A stretch of 59,885 nucleotides of DNA, filler included, from Asterionella formosa (Eukaryota): assembly GCA_002256025.1 (NCBI GenBank). It is 4 parts of 4 records of this genome, joined end to end, with 100 filler letters (N's around TTAATTAATTAA, not from the genome) between each part and the next. Parts side by side here need not be neighbours in the genome. Positions count along the whole stretch, not along the records: positions 1 to 15,594 come from NKIB01005369.1; 3 more parts are not named here. One strand, 5' to 3'. Below, piece after piece: positions 1-12,459 of this stretch (positions are counted from its first letter, which is position 1; each line of letters opens with the position of its first letter). A model generated the notes under the pieces. The model worked only from the letters and a program-made list of their open reading frames with translations. It was not told the origin of the DNA and did not search any database. Both the position numbers and the translations under genes were made by a program.

Positions 1-1583
1 CTATGGATCAGCATTCTTATGATGCTGGTGTTCTAGAAAATGGTCTTAAAGCACTTTGGATCTTGTTTAAGAATGCCTACATCATGGTGGCAATTGAGAT
101 TGCTAAAGCAGGAGGTATCTTTACAATCCTTTGTGCTATCATTTCAACTGACAAAACCAAAGTGTTCATTGATAAAGAAGCTTTGGTCATCCAAGGATCC
201 AGTGAAGTTGATGTGGATTCTCTTGGGCCTACTGCTCCAGCAACTCCAGTGCACACTAAAGGGCCACCTCATTCACCAGAATCACTATCTTGGCCTTCAG
301 CTCAAATCCAAGGATCCAGTGAAGTTGATGTTGAATCTCTTGGGCCTACTGCTCCAGCAACTCCAGTGCACACTAAAGGGCCACCTCATTTGCCAGAATC
401 ACAATCTCAGCCTTCAGCTCAAATTCCAAGCACTTCAATTTTGTCTCCAATTGCTGCAATTTTTTTAAAGATGCAAATGAATGAGCAGAATGCTGACATT
501 CAAAAAGAAGGTCTTGTTAAGCTTGCAAACTTGGTTAAGGCTAAGAATAATGAGAACAACAAGCTGATAATTGTTGATGAAGGAGTTATCAGTACAATTG
601 TGTCTGAGAATGAAAACAACCTGAAGGCAATTGCTGATGAAGAAGGTATTGCTAGGACTCTGTCTGCAATGAAGGTACATTTAAAGAATACAGAGGTGCA
701 ACAATATGGTTGTGAAGCACTTTTTGCCTTGGCTGTGAATAAAAACAACCAGGAGACAATTGCCAAAGAAGAAGGTATCACTACAATTCTGTCTGCAATG
801 AAGACTCATTCCTCAAATGCAACTGTGCAGCACTATGGTTGCACTGCACTTTGGAATTTGGCTGTGAATATAAACAACCAGGAGACAATTGCTAAAGAAG
901 AAGGCATCACTACAATTCTGTCTTCTATGAAAACTCATTTTGCCAATGCTGGAGTACAAGCATATGGTTGTGCTGTACTTGGGAACTTGGCTGTGAATAA
1001 AAACAACCAGGAGACAATTGCTAAAGAAGAAGGTATCACTACAATTCTGTCTGCAATGAGGACTCATTCCTCTAATGCTGATGTGCAACACTATGGTTGT
1101 TTAGCACTTCAGAACTTGGCTATGATTGGGAACAACCAGGAGACAATTGCTGAAAAAGGAGGTATTGCTAGGATTCTGTCAGCTATGAAAATGCATTCAT
1201 CCAATGCAAACGTACAACACTATGGTTGTGCAGCACTTTGTAACTTGGCTGTGAATGACAACAACAAGGTGTCAATTGCTGCAGCAGGAGGTATCACTAT
1301 GATTCTGTCAGTGATGGAGATTCATTCATCCAATGCTAATGTGCAAGAAGATGGTTGTGCAGTACTTGGGAACTTGGCTGTGAATGAAAACATCACGGTG
1401 ACAATTGCTAAAAGAGGAGGTGTGGCTACAATTCTGTCTGCTATGGATCAGCATTCTTATGATGCTGGTGTTCTAGAAAATGGTCTTAAAGCACTTTGGA
1501 TCTTGTTTAAGAATGCCTACATCATGGTGGCAATTGAGATTGCTAAAGCAGGAGGTATCTTTACAATTCTTTGTGCCATCATT
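1..1583 (+). repeat. Direct repeat, 1440-bp period (1-143 = 1441-1583)
   Basis: ctatggatcagcattcttatgatgctgg... is near-identical at 1 and 1441. A 117-bp tandem pair also lies at ~190-306/307-423. Confidence 0.95.
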
Positions 1584-1670
1584 CATCCAATAGTGATAAA
1601 GATTCTTGAAATATTCACAATGATACTCCTATTCAGAATTTTTCTTTATTTACAAGAAACCTGGCCATGA
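3..1670 (+). CDS. Armadillo (ARM)-repeat protein, 5'-partial
   Basis: About 6-7 tandem 42-aa units (NNQETIAKEEGITTILSAMKTHSSNATVQHYGCxALxNLAVN) match the ARM consensus. A duplicated Pro/Ser linker precedes them. The frame is open from the window start. Confidence 0.85.
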   Translation: MDQHSYDAGVLENGLKALWILFKNAYIMVAIEIAKAGGIFTILCAIISTDKTKVFIDKEALVIQGSSEVDVDSLGPTAPATPVHTKGPPHSPESLSWPSAQIQGSSEVDVESLGPTAPATPVHTKGPPHLPESQSQPSAQIPSTSILSPIAAIFLKMQMNEQNADIQKEGLVKLANLVKAKNNENNKLIIVDEGVISTIVSENENNLKAIADEEGIARTLSAMKVHLKNTEVQQYGCEALFALAVNKNNQETIAKEEGITTILSAMKTHSSNATVQHYGCTALWNLAVNINNQETIAKEEGITTILSSMKTHFANAGVQAYGCAVLGNLAVNKNNQETIAKEEGITTILSAMRTHSSNADVQHYGCLALQNLAMIGNNQETIAEKGGIARILSAMKMHSSNANVQHYGCAALCNLAVNDNNKVSIAAAGGITMILSVMEIHSSNANVQEDGCAVLGNLAVNENITVTIAKRGGVATILSAMDQHSYDAGVLENGLKALWILFKNAYIMVAIEIAKAGGIFTILCAIIHPIVIKILEIFTMILLFRIFLYLQETWP

Positions 1671-2099
1671 GTTCCTGTTTGATTCATTTGGAAATGACAT
1701 TTTAATCAACCTTTCTGGTACAACAACAAGTTGTAATCCTTCAACAATGTGCTCTGCTGTTTACAATTTATGATCATGCAAGAAGCCACAACAACACTTC
1801 CAGATATAACAGGCAAGTCACCAATGGCAATAGTAATATCAATCTATAATTTATATAATTCGCTGGTTGGTTATACACAGAAATTTTTTATAAAGATAGA
1901 AATGGTAAGCATAAAGTTCCACTAGTACACTTTATTGAGATACAATACCTGTTTTCAACTTGTGTAGGGACACTGCCAAGCTCCATCATATGGACCACAT
2001 CTAATGATAGTGTGAGTGTGAACATTGAAGAGAATTTTCCAGGAGTCAAAGAATTCTTAGGCGGAAATGGCAGCACCACCAGCTCTCAAGCATCTTCAA

Positions 2100-3470
2100 C
2101 AAATAGACACCTAGATAAGGGAATCAATGTTGACCTCACCAAGTGGTTGCCATTTGGGGCACTACAAGGCGGCATTACAATGTGGCATCATTATAGGACA
2201 AGGAACTATTGAGAGGCTATTTGCTCATATCAATCTTCCAGTGAAGGTAGGGTTTTCTCCCAAAAGATTGGCAAAATGCAAAATCTGTCACGCTTGAAAA
2301 GGATTGCAGGCAGCCTAAAATTCACAGACTCAGAATTATCTATCTCTTTGAAACAGATTACAATCTGTTTCTAAAGCTAATACAGGGCAGCAGAATCATA
2401 GAATCATTGGAAGGGTTCAAGAAAACACCGCAGTATAATGGATGTGCTTTTCAAGAAGACCCTAAGCTATGATGCATATCTCAAGTCAAAAAGATCTCCA
2501 TTGGCAGTTGTTGACAATGATGTGGCAAGTTGCTAAGATAGGAAACATGTACCCAAAAGGATGGATTTCAGTGATCCAACCCAGAAAATATCTGTTCCTG
2601 AAAGGGAGACGCGTTTGTGGATGACACTAAAGTAGGTTTTAGTCAGGAGGACAATATAATGACAATCAAAACGATGGTGGCGGCAACGCTGCCACAATGC
2701 GCACAACTGTGGGAGCGACTCCTGTTTTCGTCTGGCAGGGCTTTAGAACTGTTGAAATGGTACTACCATATCATTCATTGGTATTGGGGTAAATTAGGAT
2801 ACCCCAGGATGACCTTGATACCACAAAAAATGAGACCTCAGCAAGAAAATACAAAGTGTCCCAGAATGAATAGCTATGTTACCCTATAATTATATTCTGG
2901 ACGTGATTCCACACTATCTAGACTATCTAGCATCCAACACAACCAATTCCACCAGAGCTCAAAATCGCTAGGAATTCTCTCAAACCCTTGGGAATGTGGG
3001 AGGAGGAAGCAACGAGGCTATGGGGAAAAAGCAATGAACATGATGTGAAAACATTATCGAATCAGAAGGGGAGATGCAATTCAGGCACACCAAGCTATTT
3101 GGGCAGCACAGATGATGTATTCATTACCTATCATTGGGTTAACTTTGTAAAAACAATTCGAATCAATCCAAAAAGGGACATGACGGGCAAAAGCCTAGGC
3201 AAAATGGGATTTAACCAAAAAGATTGACTTGCAGTAATATATGGTCCAAATTCAGGAGTGGGAACCTTGAATATGGTGGATGCATCAGACCAGTTGAGAG
3301 CTATCTCTATCATAAATATGCGGACAACGCAGTAAAGAAAATGATAGATATTGCAATAATGACTCTACAACTGGAATCAGGGCAAGAGGAAAAGCTTCTA
3401 ATAGAATCTATATCTGGTTATGACAACATTACATGTATCAGCTCAGGCATGTGTAAAACAATTGTACTTT
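2100..3470 (+). pseudogene. Degenerate non-LTR retrotransposon (LINE, Ambal-like) reverse transcriptase fragments
   Basis: LAVVDNDVASC*DR (~2500-2542), AFVDDT (~2610) and WERLLFSSGRALELLKWYYHIIHW resemble stramenopile LINE RT motifs. Many stops and frameshifts; boundaries approximate. Confidence 0.7.
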
Positions 3471-3659
3471 GTAGAGTAGTGGGCGCACTCTGATAAATAA
3501 AAAATTATTATATCTTGTGTGTATTATAACACAACTTATTCTGGTGATCTGCTACATAATATCATCCTTGCACTCTGATAATATAGATATTTTAGATCAC
3601 TTCTTGTTCATTATATGCATGAGTTCTATATATTCATCATCATGGTCACTGACCATGTC

Positions 3660-4790
3660 GACTTTCTTCTCATCTCATCTTATCTCATCTCATGATGATG
3701 ACATTATGATCACATTGCTACTGTTAGCAATGTGCTATCCACCAGTAAATAAGACGCCATTGTTCAGGGAAAGTTTGACTGTTGATGAGGTCAGAAGAAG
3801 AAGTGGCAAAATCCGTCGCCACACACTAAAGATTACCTTGTGTGGGTTTGACCATGCTTCTTTTGAGCTCCTACAGAAGCTGTTCAAACCTTGCTTTTAT
3901 TCCTTCACTCCCTGTAAGAAAAATACGGATTTCATTGTTAGAAGTTGTTCAAGAACCAAGAAAGGTCGGCAAAGATACCTCTGTTCCATCAGTTATCTAG
4001 CACTTGGGTTAGCATGATGGACCAGGACTCGTGGTTCCTATATGGCTGGTTCATCAGATTATTTTCGGATTAACTCAGCATGGTTCTTTGAGTGTTTGGT
4101 TGAGGTTTTCAAGGCGAATGATTGTAAAAGTGCTGCTGACACATGAAGATGCAGTTGTGAGACTGCCTACTGCAGACGAAGCCACCTTGTTTGCAACCAT
4201 GATCATTCAGAAATACCCACTTATAAAAAATTGTTGGGGAGCCATGGATGGTCTGAAACTGACCCTGCATTGGGCTGGAAATGAAACACAGCAGAACAAC
4301 CTCTACAATGGATGGACTCATGAACACTATGTGACAAACTTGTTTCTTTTTTCGCCTGATGGAAAGATTTGCTGCTCATATTTCAATGCACCTGTTGTTC
4401 TACATGACTCCACCATAGCAATTTGGTCATTGATCTATGATCAGATTGAAACAGTTTACAGGGATACAGCTAAAAAATTAGTTGTGGATTCAGCATTTGC
4501 ATCGAAGAAATCAAATGCAATGTTGAAATCGCATCAAAATAATGTTGATGCAAATGGTAATCCTTGACAAAGATTTGGAATGAATCGCCAAGCCACCTCA
4601 ATCCAACAGCTGTTGGAATGGGGAATGCGATGCCTTCAGGGATCATTTCCGAGAATCAAAGACTAATTTCGTTATGAAGAAAAAGGTGAGAGAAAATTAT
4701 TTTTCCAAATGATTGTATTGCTCTACAATTTTTGTGCTAGCAAAGTTGGTCAGAACAACCAAACTGCTTATGCAAATAGATGTGCCTTGT
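3660..4790 (+). pseudogene. PIF/Harbinger DDE transposase (DDE_Tnp_4 type), disrupted
   Basis: CWGAMDGLK, YNGWTHEHYVTNLFLFSPDG, HDS, LVVDSAF and EWGMRCLQGSFPR motifs. Stops at ~4015, 4565 and ~4664. Confidence 0.88.
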
Positions 4791-4916
4791 AATTTAAAAG
4801 AACTAATTCATTCATGATTATTTGCCACTACTTCTTTCATATTATATTTGAATGAATCAATTCAAGATTATTCATTATCACTACTACTACCACTGTTGTT
4901 TTTTGGTGTTTGACAT

Positions 4917-6067
4917 TTAGTTGAGGCAGACAAAGTTTGCATTTGTACCTGCTGTTGAGGTTAGATTTTGGCTTTGCATTGTTTGCTGCATTGAAATCGT
5001 GGTCAAAGCAATATTTAAATTTATCATTGCCTGAACGGGATCGGCACTGTCAGTGGAGGTGGTTGTTTGCAATACCCCACAATTCAAAAATGATGCCATG
5101 ATTGAAATCATCATCATGTTCATCATGTTCTGTTGCTGTTGCTGCAGCTGTTGCTGCTGCTGCTGGTTTTCAGTATCAGTTAGAGTAGCCTTGTGAAGCA
5201 ACTGCATCGAAAGAAGAGAAAGCACTTTCTCAATAGGCCCCATATTGCTTGACACTGCCTTATCTCTAAATCGAGGGGACACCATAGGTCAAGGAAATCT
5301 TGAACCAGAGAAATTAGCATAAGCAGCAGATGTTGCTCCAACATTGTTGTCTTCAATCTCCCCAGAAATCGCTATAAAATCATCATCAACATTTGACTCA
5401 TCAATATTAGGCTCATTGTGCTACCTCTCTATTCCAAGATCAGTGGATTCAATCTCAGCACTTGCATGTGCTTGTTGCTTGATTCTTCGAAAAATTTGTT
5501 AGGCATATCTCACCTCAGCAGCCATGTTGGTTCCCCAGTTGGTTTCTTCACTTTGTGCAGCTGTGTAAACTTTCGGCGAAGTGAAGGTCCTGTCCGTTCT
5601 TTGTCTGGGAAATTCTCGTTGTGCTGTGATGCAACAACTTCCCATTCATGGGACCCAATTGGCAGGTGACTAGAAATGGTTTCCAGCAATGAGAGAATCT
5701 CATTGATCCTGAACTGTTGACCCCGAATCTGCATGCTTCGGCGAGCTCTTGGAAACGTTGGTGCTTGCCTGGCAGTTGCCGTTCTTGAAACTGAACTAGT
5801 AGGAGCACGTGAAAAATCGTTGTTGTTCCTTGATGGGGACTGAGTAACCCCAGAAACACCTGGGACAGCTATCCTACTGTCCTCACCGTCACTGGCAAAC
5901 TCATCAGCACCAGTGTCATCTTCATCCTCGTCGTCGTCCTCCTCCTCTTCCTCTGGTTGAGTCTGTTGTTGCTCCTGTTGCTGGTGACGGCGACATTCAA
6001 GCAGCCTTGGAGAAGAAGGGAAGCCCTCCCTGGCTGCTCTCCTTTGACCAGAAGAAGATAAAGACAT
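4917..6067 (-). pseudogene. Myb/SANT-like (DUF6818-type) accessory protein of the Harbinger element, frameshifted
   Basis: LLETISSHLPIGSHEWEVVASQHNENFPDKERTGPSLRRKFTQLHKVKKPTGEP continues in another frame as EVRYA*QIFRRIK. Acidic and polyQ tracts; convergent with the transposase. Confidence 0.75.
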
Positions 6068-6707
6068 GGCCAAAATCTAAAAGTGATGACGATCGATATA
6101 TTGAGGAGGTTGATTGATATGTAACGATATGCATATGTATATGCATACCTATTTTGGCAAGCAAGAGCAAGCCATTTTGAGTATGAGCAAGCAAGTCTTG
6201 AAATATTCCGGGAAATTCTATATATTCATTCATGCCTTAACATCTTTTTATAAAATGCACTGTTATTTATAATTGTAAAAAATTTGTGTTTGTGTTGACC
6301 AACTTGGATAAACCTGGTAGGCACTTATAGGAGCCGATTTTTGTGCATCGGACACTTGTTGCCATTCCGACTTGATCACTTGCGTTGATGCATTCAATGT
6401 ACAGGTACTTCTCTCTCCATTCTCACATTGGCAATCGAAATTCTACCTCTTGACTAAGCCATGTTTGCTCATCGAGTCCCTCACAAGCTAACTTCCTGTG
6501 GAGAAGATGAAGATCTTAGTTTTGTAACGAATGATATGATGGTTTCGATACTGAAGGGGAATGATGCCGGCGAAGTTGGATTGTTTGTTTGTTACCACAA
6601 GAAAGCCAAAGCTTTGGTTAATTTATACGACAGAATCAGAGTACAATCCATTGAAGGTCATGCCCGCCTACCATCCGAAATCAAGAAGATAATTCCTTTT
6701 GATCATA

Positions 6708-6812
6708 GTTCGCCCAGTGCAGACATCGGTTCATATTTCGAATCTGTTCTTCAAGACAAAGTTCGCCCAGTGCAGACATAGGTTCATATTTCGAATCTGT
6801 TCTTCAAGACAA
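6708..6812 (+). repeat. 53-bp tandem duplication disrupting an unknown ORF (6461-7012)
   Basis: gttcgcccagtgcagacat(c/a)ggttcatatttcgaatctgttcttcaagacaa occurs twice, at 6708 and 6761. Confidence 0.9.
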
Positions 6813-7752
6813 GGCGCAGATCAGGAGTGAAGATGGACCAGATGGCGGCACAGTTTGTTGCTCATGGTGATCTTAATCATGAGTTGTCAATTCCCATTGA
6901 CTATTGGAGAGAACGTTTATATGCTGCCAACTTGGAGCGCGCAAACATCACGAATCAAGGAACAGCTGCAGCCCTTCTACAGAATCAATCAATAAATAGC
7001 AACTTAATGTGAATCGTGAATAGAACTGGGTTCGAAATGACAATCACACCTTCATTAGTTATGCACTATCCCATTGTTTTATGAATTCTCGTTACTGGCA
7101 AGATTTGCATTTAGATCTAAAGTTTATGTCATGACTTCATTGCCATACCGGTATGCACTTACACTATTATTTTATATATACTTACGTCCCACAAATATTT
7201 ACTGGTATGCCCAAAATAGATATTTTCACTTTTACTCTATTGAGCTGGCATCGCCTTTTCTTTAAGTGTACCGGTATATGTACAAGAATAATAATGTTCT
7301 TCCTATGGAATTCATTTATTATAATGAACTGGGGGTACGAGGTCATTATGCTTTCAAATGCACTATGCGTCAAAAGCATTTGGTGATGATGCAAGCGCAA
7401 AAAGCATACTGCATCACGCCAAACAGGTAAAGTAATACGAAAAGAATTTCTGTCGTATAAATGGAGTAAAAATAATAACGGTTTGGGGGGAAAATATCCT
7501 CATGTACACATAGAAAAATTTGCACTGTAAACCACCACTATGCAACAATCTTAATGAATTTGAAAAAAATTGATCTTCAAGGCTCTTTACACTGAATCAA
7601 AATTGATTACTTATTTGTTGAGTAGAGTGCATCATCTAAATAACTCTTTGTACCTGCATCAGGTTTCGATTGATAAATTAATTAAAATTTTCCAGTCGGA
7701 AGATGGAGTAAAATAACGGTGGCTTTCAGTTTTTAACTGGTACCACCATTAA

Positions 7753-9022
7753 TTGTTCAATATCGAGCCATGCATGGTGGCGTACAGCGACAACAGTACT
7801 AGTCAAGATGAGTCCAATGGTGTTGATGAATTGCTCCATTATTGGGAAGTTTATAAAGATCCCCGTACATTTACCAATGTTGTTAGTACTGGTATTGATA
7901 CAGAGAAAAAGAGGAATATGCTTCTTGGCACAGTTCCGGCCACATTTGAAAAGCATCGTCAAAACTGGGAAGCATTCTTTCCTCACCAGCCGATGGAATT
8001 AGTCATTCCTGTCATTCCAAGTAGAGATCATCGACGTCTTGTTTTCTCTGTGTCTAAATCTTCACAGTTTATTGACAACGAGATAGCTGGAAATGAAGAT
8101 TGTCAGGTTTGTGTGGTAGATCTTGTTTCTATCTCCACAGAGTCTACTACTATTGATTCCGATTTGCTTGATATTAAGAAGTCAGTCTTCCCTTTTCAAA
8201 GCAAAAGCAAAAGGTCACTAAAGGAAATTCCAGACATCATTGTCACAAATCTGGAGATAATTCACGATAGCTGCTTTCCAAAGAATTCCAAAATTGATGA
8301 GGTGGCTAATAGGAAAATAATTAAACAGGTCGAGGCGTAAACCTTTTTTCTAGTAAGGATATGGATCTCTTGAAAGGTTCCGACGAAGGAATTCATAACT
8401 ATTTACATGAAAGAGAGAGACAAGAAGCAAAGAAAAACATCAGTTAATTTTAGCGGAAAAGTCTGTGCTGGGAAAGGTTAATGTTGCTGTTTTGGCATAT
8501 GTTGTGGAGTTGGAACAATTCAACGATCACCTTTAAGGTGTTTCAAAATAGTTTTGTTGGGTGGAATCCATGTCCTGTTCATTTTGCAAGAATTCCCAAG
8601 TATTTGATCCAGCCTTCCGTTTCCCACTTTCGTTGATAATGGAGTCACTCAAACTCTACTACAATACATACTCCCGCACTCCATCAGAAGTAAGTCAGTT
8701 TTGCAAGAATAAATATTTCCTAAAATTGACAGAAAAACAGTATAGGGAACATCATGACGAACTGGGCAATTGTGCTGGTTGGTATATTGAAATTGTAACC
8801 ACAATAGTGAAGTACATTGTTCATGAACTGAACCCCTCAAATATTCATGTCATTGTTGAATCTCAAGACTTAAAGGATTGGAGTACTGAACATCCTTATC
8901 TGTCTGACTGTTACTACCTCCAACCCTCCCTTGAATTCCTCATTGTAATTTTTTTTTATCACATCATCATCAAACATTATGTTCTATATATATTTTTTAA
9001 TCTAAATGATGTCTGCAAATAA
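7753..9022 (+). pseudogene. Fragmented ORFs of unknown function, probably cargo of a large DNA transposon
   Basis: 195-aa and 153-aa ORFs with no recognisable motif, flanked by sequences repeated elsewhere in the window. Confidence 0.3.
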
Positions 9023-10820
9023 AAAGTATCATGCATATATGATCAAGGGTATTGTACGCTAAGTGGCACAGGATTTTCATATACATGATAATTTTTGGAT
9101 CAAAACTATGATCAAGGTATCCTGTAACTATGATGATTTATTAATAATTTACCAAACTTGAAGTATAATGAAAATAAGAAAATTATCATCATATAATTCA
9201 TATCAACTGATCAACAACATTTCTTATCAATATCCTACACCTTCTCATATTATTTTCACTTCTCGTGATTGCCACGTGTAAATCAAAAATACAACGCATC
9301 CTAAAATCAGTTAAACTCTATGCTATCTTATGAATTGTTTCATTGTATATCTATCTTAAACATGATCATAATACTAATCACAAGGATTGTTCAAAAAGGA
9401 TTGGAGCGGATCTTAATTTAATTTGAAAAATTTAGTAATGCTATCTATGATTCTGCAGGCCAGCAACCCAACGTTTTTCTCTCTGCTCGGCTCAATGTAT
9501 CTTTTTTCTGTATTGCCCTTTTCTTCCACTGTTGTGAATCTTCTACCAAGGAGTGCATTACTTGTGTTGCGTCTCTTTCGCTGCTGTTAGGGTCACTCTT
9601 TACTCACCAACGATTCCGTTGTTTGATTTGTTTTTTTGTCCTATGCAGTTACAGTAAAAATGAGAAGGAATGACTTGTTAGCTAGTCATGTTACACTGAC
9701 ACAACATCACGCAATTCCATGGTATTCTCTTGCTTCACTTATCACAAATCAATGCAAATGATGCATAAGTCCGTAATAGTAAATTGTCAGCCGTAAGTTC
9801 TTGAATAATTAAGTTTAGTTAGTTTCAGGTAACCAATGTTTTCGAATAAAACTTACCGATTCATTTTCGTTAGCTTAACTTTGAGAGAAGGTAAACGTGT
9901 CTGTCAGTTATGTTCCAACAGAAGTGAATAGGTCCAACAACAAAAGCGCTTACCAAATTTGTTGTTGAAATGAGCTATTGAATCAACTGAGATGAAAGGA
10001 AACATGCGTTTAGTTTACAATTTGTTGTTGTCCTCCCAACAATTGTCATCCACATGCAACATTCATTATGGCTTTATTAGCCTAATCATACTCCATCCTT
10101 CGAATGCCCAATGTGTCAAAGCCACAATATTTTTCGTTACTGCGTAAACTTTCCTTCTCATAGTACTATGCTTTACAACGATATTTCTTTTCACGAAGCA
10201 GGCATTGTTTGTTAACATGACAGAACGATTTCAAATATATTTGCAATGAAAATAGTTATAAAATTTGTAAATATATAAATAAATCAAGTGTGGCACATTT
10301 ACAAAACTCAAAGGCACTCTCAATGTGGCACATCTAGTATTGTTTAGATGATCATTTGCGCATGTACATAATTCGAAAATATGCAATGCACGATATGTTC
10401 ATTGTTTTCCACAACTTCGTGTACCGGTACTGTTTCTGAAATTTAATTGCATCAATATTTTCTACGTCCGTTGGAATTAATTATTTAGACCATTCAATTG
10501 GTGTATGTCCCAACCCATTTGATTCATTTGTACATCATATGATCATAACATTTTATCATTTATATAACAGTAAGTAATATACCGGGGGTAGTTGGAGTAG
10601 TAAGCAAGCAACAGAACACCTTATGTTCAGGACTTATGCTACTGCAGCGGGACAGTAAATAATCATAATTTCAGGATTTTATGATCATAAAACTGAAAGA
10701 GGGTTGTCGGAGTAGTAAGCAAGCAACAGAATACCATATGTTCAGGACTGTTGCTACTGCAGCGGGACAGTAAATTATCATAGTTTTAGGATAGTATGAT
10801 TGTAAAACTGAAAGGGGGTT
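9010..10820 (-). repeat. Dispersed repeat module, copy 1 (inverted relative to 35041-36932)
   Basis: The reverse complement aligns along its length with 35041-36932 and partly with 44210-45280. It contains a ~118-bp tandem sub-repeat at ~10590-10820. Confidence 0.9.
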
Positions 10821-12459
10821 GGAGGTCGATGAGCACAACAAAAATTTGCGGTCTTGGTTTTAAAAATAGGACTCACAACCTTGTTGACAACTGATGGTTC
10901 AGTTTTAGCTAAGCGGGAACGACGTTCTGATAAGGCTGCTGAAATGGAAGATTCTTGATAACCTCGTATGGACGAGTTTCGAACCGACTTATGACGCCCC
11001 TTTTTAGTGATTGAGTTCATTGACCAATTGATAATATCCTTTGGCAAAACCAAAATGTTTTTGTACTTGGTCTGTGCAATTAGAAAATTCATGATATGGT
11101 ACCATGTTGTCCATCTGCATCCGGGAGTTATTAATGGTATCATCGACAGAAGCCATTTTTCTTGTAGCAACAACTGAAGAAGAAACGTCATCATTGCTCT
11201 CAGTATCAATTGGGGGATCCTGTATAACTGATGGTGTCCCCATCAATACTGGGGTAGTACCCCCACTAACTCCCTGTCACTGATTGGATTCCTTTGGAAA
11301 ATTGCCGATTCGCTTTTTCTTTGTTATCTCATTTGGTACTTGCTTTTTTGTTCCATACCGGCATTTTTTGCCACATGTCGCTTGTTTCCATGAAGCTCTC
11401 TATGGTTTTTTGAAGACATGGTTCTACTAGATAAGTGTTGTCTTAACTTTGATGATCTTAAAATCAGGTGTTGCTACAAAGAAAAGAATCATCAGCCACT
11501 ACATAAAATATTTTACGCTTTCTAGATATGATAACACCATAAGGCCAACAGTGCTATTTACATTATTGTATACAAAATCAGAAGCGAGTATGCTAAACGC
11601 ACATTTCCTTCGCTTGTTGGTGGGGAGCACGGATGGAGTATTTTTAAGCTAATGAAGCCAGAATCAATGTGGTACGTGGATGACAATCGTTGGGAGGACA
11701 ACAACAAATCGTAAACTAAACGCATGGCACATCAACTCAATACGACGATGCTCTGAACAGATTTGACACTCCTGTCACAGTAGCTGCGCAATCACTACAA
11801 CGACAACTATAAAAATAACATGATAGACTATAGGAAAGTATGCGAAACAAACTTTTTAAACTGAGATTTGGTTGTTTGTATCAACACCACAAAAAGATGC
11901 ATTGCATGCCTTTGGTTTCTTGACAATGCGTCCATATCATGAGTTCAGGAACTTTCTCGTCATGCATGATGCAAAGAAATCACAGCATGATTTGATTGGC
12001 TTGCGGAAATTCTGGCGAGACAGAACTTTGTAGAACCTACACAAGATAATATATGTGTAGAAACAGGTACATAAAGCTACGTCACTCCAGAAAAAAGTAT
12101 TGACTTGTGCTAATTTTCTGGCTCACAAGTGCGCCAAAATTTGGAAAATCAATTCATCATAGAAACCGATTCAACCAAGAACAATATCACTTTTTATTAA
12201 CAGTTGTATGTTTTCAACTATGGAGAAGAGCATGGGTATGACGTTTTGCTCAACGGAAGTGGGCAATGTCAAAATCGCCATCATCCAGTCTCCCCATCTA
12301 AGTAAATCTAGTCGTGGCTGTGTACATTTGGGGAGCCCGAAGCGCGGGATTTACGGTACTGGTACTCTGGTACCGGGTACTATCATAGCAGTGGTGTATG
12401 AGGTCATAGGGTGTGATACCAGTCGTCTAGTTTTTTACCTGCAGTTGTTATAACAGTCA

